Source of the DNA: Polyangiaceae bacterium
GTDB lineage: Bacteria; Myxococcota_A; Polyangia; Polyangiales; Polyangiaceae
Length of the DNA stretch: 64,000 nt
Assembly: GCA_033763455.1 (NCBI GenBank)
Contig: JANRKO010000073.1
Location: 1 to 64,000 of the forward strand
Direction: 5' to 3'
Shown here piece after piece: positions 60,003 to 64,000 of the stretch. Position 1 is the stretch's first letter, and the number at the start of each line of letters is the position of its first letter. The position numbers and the translations under genes were made by a program. The notes beneath the pieces were generated by a model that saw only the letters and a program-made list of their open reading frames with translations, searched no databases and had not been told where the DNA came from.

Positions 60003-60671
60003 GTGGTAAGCCCCGTAAGCAATCAACCCCCCCTATTAGGAGTCAATGCCTCGAAGGAATCGGGCATGGGGAAAGATGATTTTCTGAAGCTTTTGGTCGC
60101 TCAATTGAAGCACCAAGACCCATTGAAGCCCGTAGAAAATACGGAGTTTGTAAGCCAGCTCGCGCAGTTTTCCTCGCTCGAACAAACCATGGGCATCAAT
60201 AGCCGCTTGGACCTTCTGGCGATGCAGAGCAAAGGCCAATCCAATACCGATGCGGTCGGCTTCATCGGTAAACACGTGAGTGTTGCTGGCAACGCTATCA
60301 CCCTAGATTCCAGTGGTACGGGGGCATCTGTGGGGTTTGAGCTCGCGGGGGACGCCGAGAAGACCAGCGTTGTTATCCACGACCAAAACGGGAAAACGGT
60401 GCGCACGTTGGACGTCGGGAAACATGCCGCCGGTGCCGTGAAGGTGCAGTGGGATGGCAAGAATTCCGATGGCATCACGCAACCGCCAGGCACCTATTCG
60501 GTTACCATAGAGGCGCAGAGTGCCGATGATTCTGCCGTATATGCCATTCAAAAGACACAAGGCACCGTGACTGGTGTCTCGTTCGATCGCGGCTACGCCG
60601 TGCTCACTCTCGACAACGGTGTGACAGCACCAGTCTCGGATCTCCTCGAGGTCCAGGCAACAGCCAAGTAG
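60003..60671 (+). CDS. flgD: Hook capping protein
   Basis: DFLKLLVAQLKHQDPLKP, QLAQFSSLEQ, WDGK. Confidence 0.96.
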   Translation: MVSPVSNQPPLLGVNASKESGMGKDDFLKLLVAQLKHQDPLKPVENTEFVSQLAQFSSLEQTMGINSRLDLLAMQSKGQSNTDAVGFIGKHVSVAGNAITLDSSGTGASVGFELAGDAEKTSVVIHDQNGKTVRTLDVGKHAAGAVKVQWDGKNSDGITQPPGTYSVTIEAQSADDSAVYAIQKTQGTVTGVSFDRGYAVLTLDNGVTAPVSDLLEVQATAK

Positions 60672-60689
60672 TCCTAAGGAGTCAAACAC

Positions 60690-61985
60690 ATGCTCAAAGC
60701 TTTGAACACAGGCGTTTCTGGGATGCGGGCCGAAGGCGAAGCCATCAGTGTGGTCGGCGATAACATAGCGAACGTGAACACCGTTGGCTTTAAGCGGCAA
60801 CGCTCCATTTTCGAAGACATGCTTGGCCGTTCGGTCATCCAAGGAACCAGTGCAAAGCTTCCGGGGTCGGGAGTAACGCTCTCCAAAGTTCAGAACATGT
60901 TCCACCAGGGAACGCTTTCTAGTACGGGCGTTTCGACGGATTTGGCACTCAACGGTGAAGGCTTTTTTGTTGTGAACGGCACCGTGGGTGGCGTAACTGG
61001 CGACTTCTATTCGCGCGCCGGGCAATTCACCGTCGACAACGGTGGCTTGCTGGTAAATCCCTCTGGAATGAGGGTTCAAGGCTTCAAGGCAAATCCTGAT
61101 GGCACATTTGCCTCTGGCCTTTCAGACGTCCAAATTCCTCTCAACGCGATTCCTCCAAAGATAACCGCTAATGCCAAGGTAGTGGCCAACCTCGATTCCT
61201 CTTCGACGCCCCCTACCCTCGCGTGGGATCCGCTGGATCCTACCGCAACCTCCAATGGCTCAACCTCGATGACGGTTTACGATTCGCTTGGAAACGGGCA
61301 CAGCATGGACATCTACTTCCGCAACAACGGCGCGGGCACGTGGGAATACCACGTGATTGCTTCGGGCGATGAGGTCAACCCGGCTCAGCCCGGCAGGAAC
61401 GTCGAGATCGGCTCGGGCACAATGTCTTTCAACACCTCCGGAGCGCTCGATACAATGACCCCCGGCGTCCCAGTCACCGTGGACTTCACCAACGCCGCCC
61501 CCGGTCAGGTCATCAACCTGGATTTCGGTTCCCAGGTATCTGTTCCCCCCGGCACGGGCCTGGATGGCCTCACCCAGTTTGCTTCCAAAACAAGTGTCGA
61601 CCAGCAATCCCAAGACGGCTACGCCGCCGGTGAGTTCAGCGGCGTCAGCGTAACCAGCCAAGGCGTCGTGGAAGGCCTGTACACCAACGGCCAGAAGATC
61701 CCCATTTCTCAGTTGGGCGTGGCTAAGTTCACCTCCAATGACGGTCTGAGCCGCGCAAGCAATGGTCTTTGGATGCAAACTCGTGAAAGCGGCGAGCCAG
61801 CAATTGGGACCGCCACCGCAGGGGGCCGCGGGGCCATCTCGGGCGGAGCGCTCGAATCATCCAACGTAGATCTCGCCGAAGAGTTCGTGGATCTCATCAC
61901 ACATCAGCGCGCTTTTGCGGCCAACTCTCGCACCATCACCACCGCAGATGAGATGCTCCAAGAAACCCTCCAGCTCAAGCGCTAA
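60690..61985 (+). CDS. flgE: Hook protein
   Basis: GDNIANVNTVGFK, VYDSLG, LESSNVDLAEE, QRAFAAN. Confidence 0.97.
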   Translation: MLKALNTGVSGMRAEGEAISVVGDNIANVNTVGFKRQRSIFEDMLGRSVIQGTSAKLPGSGVTLSKVQNMFHQGTLSSTGVSTDLALNGEGFFVVNGTVGGVTGDFYSRAGQFTVDNGGLLVNPSGMRVQGFKANPDGTFASGLSDVQIPLNAIPPKITANAKVVANLDSSSTPPTLAWDPLDPTATSNGSTSMTVYDSLGNGHSMDIYFRNNGAGTWEYHVIASGDEVNPAQPGRNVEIGSGTMSFNTSGALDTMTPGVPVTVDFTNAAPGQVINLDFGSQVSVPPGTGLDGLTQFASKTSVDQQSQDGYAAGEFSGVSVTSQGVVEGLYTNGQKIPISQLGVAKFTSNDGLSRASNGLWMQTRESGEPAIGTATAGGRGAISGGALESSNVDLAEEFVDLITHQRAFAANSRTITTADEMLQETLQLKR

Positions 61986-62024
61986 TCGGGCTCGTGAACT
62001 GACTAAAACTTAGCGAGGTCTCAC

Positions 62025-62609
62025 GTGTCAGACGACGAAGAGAACAAAGACGAGAAGGCCGCTCCCAAGAAGAAACCCGTAGTTCTCTTTGCCATTATTG
62101 GCGTGGTTCTACTCGGCGGAGTCGGGGCAGCGGTCGTGTTCGCTGGGCCCGCACTCGGGATCGGAGGGGACGAGAGCGCAGCGGAGGCAAAAGCCACCAA
62201 GAAGAAGAAGAAACCCAAGAAGGGTGAGGCAAAAGCCGCGGACGGCGAAAGTGCGGACGGCGAAGCTGATCTCCCCGAAGAAGATCCGGCAACAGCCGGC
62301 ATCAAAAGCAAGATATCACGCCTGAATTCACTGGTTGTGGACGTCCAAGATACAGACGGTTCACGCCACCACGTGAAGATCAACATTGCCGTCGAGCATC
62401 CCGAAGGCAAAGAGGAAGAGTTCGTGACCCTAGAGCCCCGCGCCCGAGAGTCGCTCATTCTGTACCTTCGCACGCTCAACTTCGCGCAAGCCACTGATCC
62501 AAACGGCTTCGGTAAGATTCGGGATGAAGTCATCCAGAGGATGCGCAAGGCCTTTGGCGAGGAGTTTCCCGCACGCAGGATCCTCATCACCGATTTTGTT
62601 GCCCAATGA
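62025..62609 (+). CDS. fliL: Basal-body associated protein
   Basis: N-terminal TM, C-terminal ILITDFVAQ. Confidence 0.88.
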   Translation: MSDDEENKDEKAAPKKKPVVLFAIIGVVLLGGVGAAVVFAGPALGIGGDESAAEAKATKKKKKPKKGEAKAADGESADGEADLPEEDPATAGIKSKISRLNSLVVDVQDTDGSRHHVKINIAVEHPEGKEEEFVTLEPRARESLILYLRTLNFAQATDPNGFGKIRDEVIQRMRKAFGEEFPARRILITDFVAQ

Positions 62610-63481
62610 GCCTCGACCCAGACTCGGTTCAGCCTCTCGATCTCACCGGAAGAGATCGCCAAGTGCGGTCAGCAATGGGCATAATGTCGCACATTGCCGC
62701 CAATTTTTCCCGCGCAGCCCGCCGCACCCTACCTTTTTTGGTTAAGCAGAAGGGTCGCCTCGTGCCGGGTGCGGTGGCATTTACCTCTCCGTCTGACGAC
62801 GAACCAGCGGATGGACCACGCTTCGTAGTGTCGTTGGAGGCTGACGAAGGAAACGGCTGGGCGGATCTCACGCTGGATGCGGCCGCGATTTCGGTAATGC
62901 TCGATGGTGCCCTTGGGGCGGCGGGCGGCACTGAATCTGCCGTCCTGACGCAGGAATTGACGCTCGCTCAGCGAGCGCTCATTACGCGAGTCGCCCGTTC
63001 GTTAGCAGGCGACTTCGCGCAAGCGTGTCGTGAGGAATCGGGAGTCCCCGTCAAGGTTGTGTCGGCACGCGCAGTTGCCCCCGGGGAAAATGGGAACAAG
63101 CCGAGTACCCAAGGCATGTATGTGCGTTGTGATTTTGACGGGATGCCCGTCAAAGCGTCGATCACTCTGGGCGTTAGCTCTACCGGTTTGGAAGAGGCTG
63201 CGCGCGAAGTAGCCGAAGGTCAAACTGGCCACTTTGAGGGGGATCCACGGGTTGCTGACGCTATCCGCGACGTCTCTTTGACGCTCATCGCGGAACTCGG
63301 GAACGTGAAACTCAATCTACGCGAGGTTCTACGACTCCAGGCGGGCGACGTTCTGCGCTTGAATACCGCCATCGATGATCCAATCACCATCCGTGTTGGT
63401 CAATTAGTGAAGCTTAGAGGGTCTCCTGTCATCTCGCGCGGTCAGCTGGCCATCGAGATCCGAGGTCGGCACGGGTTGTGA
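62606..63481 (+). CDS. fliM: Motor switch protein FliM (N-terminally short)
   Basis: Middle domain plus C-terminal SpoA domain (AELG...LQAGDVLRL); between fliL and fliN. Confidence 0.85.
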   Translation: MSLDPDSVQPLDLTGRDRQVRSAMGIMSHIAANFSRAARRTLPFLVKQKGRLVPGAVAFTSPSDDEPADGPRFVVSLEADEGNGWADLTLDAAAISVMLDGALGAAGGTESAVLTQELTLAQRALITRVARSLAGDFAQACREESGVPVKVVSARAVAPGENGNKPSTQGMYVRCDFDGMPVKASITLGVSSTGLEEAAREVAEGQTGHFEGDPRVADAIRDVSLTLIAELGNVKLNLREVLRLQAGDVLRLNTAIDDPITIRVGQLVKLRGSPVISRGQLAIEIRGRHGL

Positions 63482-63942
63482 ATAGGAAGGCGTTGGACAT
63501 GACCGACGCCTTCGACGAAAAGAACCCTGGACGCCCTCGACCCCACAGCAACCCCCCCGACGACATGGTCTCCATGGGGTCGCTGGACGAGGAGCTGGAC
63601 GCTGACGAGCGGCGCGGGCATCCAGGCGTCGCGCCGATGCCTGCAGCGAAGGCTTCGGCATCGCACGGACCTGGTGCTCGTGGCCTGGATAGCCTGGCGT
63701 TCGTGATGGATGTTCCGGTCGAGGTCACCGTCGAAATCGGGCGTCGGACGATGAAGATTGCGGACGTTCTCCGTCTCGGCCCCGGGTCAGTTCTTGAGCT
63801 CGACAAGGCTAGCGGTGAGCCCCTCGATATACTGGTGAACAACCGTTTGGTCGCGCGCGGAGAGGCCGTAGTTGTCGGAGAACGCTACGGCATCCGCCTT
63901 ACCGAGGTTTTGGTCAACGAAGACACACGCGGAGGACAGTGA
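63478..63942 (+). CDS. fliN: Motor switch protein FliN
   Basis: DVPVEVTVEIG, GSVLELDK..GEP, ARGEAVVV...YGIRLTE. Confidence 0.95.
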   Translation: MNRKALDMTDAFDEKNPGRPRPHSNPPDDMVSMGSLDEELDADERRGHPGVAPMPAAKASASHGPGARGLDSLAFVMDVPVEVTVEIGRRTMKIADVLRLGPGSVLELDKASGEPLDILVNNRLVARGEAVVVGERYGIRLTEVLVNEDTRGGQ

Positions 63943-64000
63943 TGCGAAACTCAATCATCTTGGCAACTCTATTGACGCTTAGCTTTGGCGGAGCGGTAGA
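63942..64000 (+). CDS. 5' fragment of next gene (signal peptide; FliO-like by position)
   Basis: GGAGG RBS, ATG overlapping fliN stop, MRNSIILATLLTLSFGGAV. Confidence 0.45.
   Translation, partial: MRNSIILATLLTLSFGGAV

Overview
A moderately GC-rich bacterial window. The many Gly/Ser-linker and Cys-rich lipoproteins, the FHA-GGDEF protein and the Ser-x-Pro-Pro-rich disordered termini suggest a myxobacterium (Myxococcota, Polyangiales-like). This is inference and needs phylogenetic confirmation. The left 38 kb is a patchwork: the 3' end of an IS4-family (IS50-like) transposase, lipoproteins, an ADP-ribosylglycohydrolase, tatA, prmA, a diguanylate cyclase, a patatin, nadB, etfBA, tRNA-Pro(CGG), a MarR-leuC-leuD operon, a multicopper oxidase, OmpA, dus, a RelBE-like module with a deleted/frameshifted toxin, a GH44-epimerase-SGNH-sugar ABC locus, a sugar isomerase and a desaturase. 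The right 25 kb is an apparently intact, divergently arranged flagellar cluster: fliS-fliD-fliC-orf-csrA-flgL-K-N-M-J-I-H-A-G and a sigma54 activator on the minus strand, and flgBC-fliEFGHIJK-flgDE-fliLMN-(fliO) on the plus strand. It has readable sigma54 and sigma28 promoters and runs off the window end. The most notable observations are: (1) a flagellar system in a lineage known for gliding, with odd parts (FliM lacking the CheY-docking peptide, split FlgJ, a flagellin-C-terminus-like mini-protein, a sensor-less activator); (2) a dispersed intergenic 20-bp imperfect palindrome (RTACTTGYCATGCTAAGTAC), one copy of which appears to be interrupted precisely by the IS4 element.
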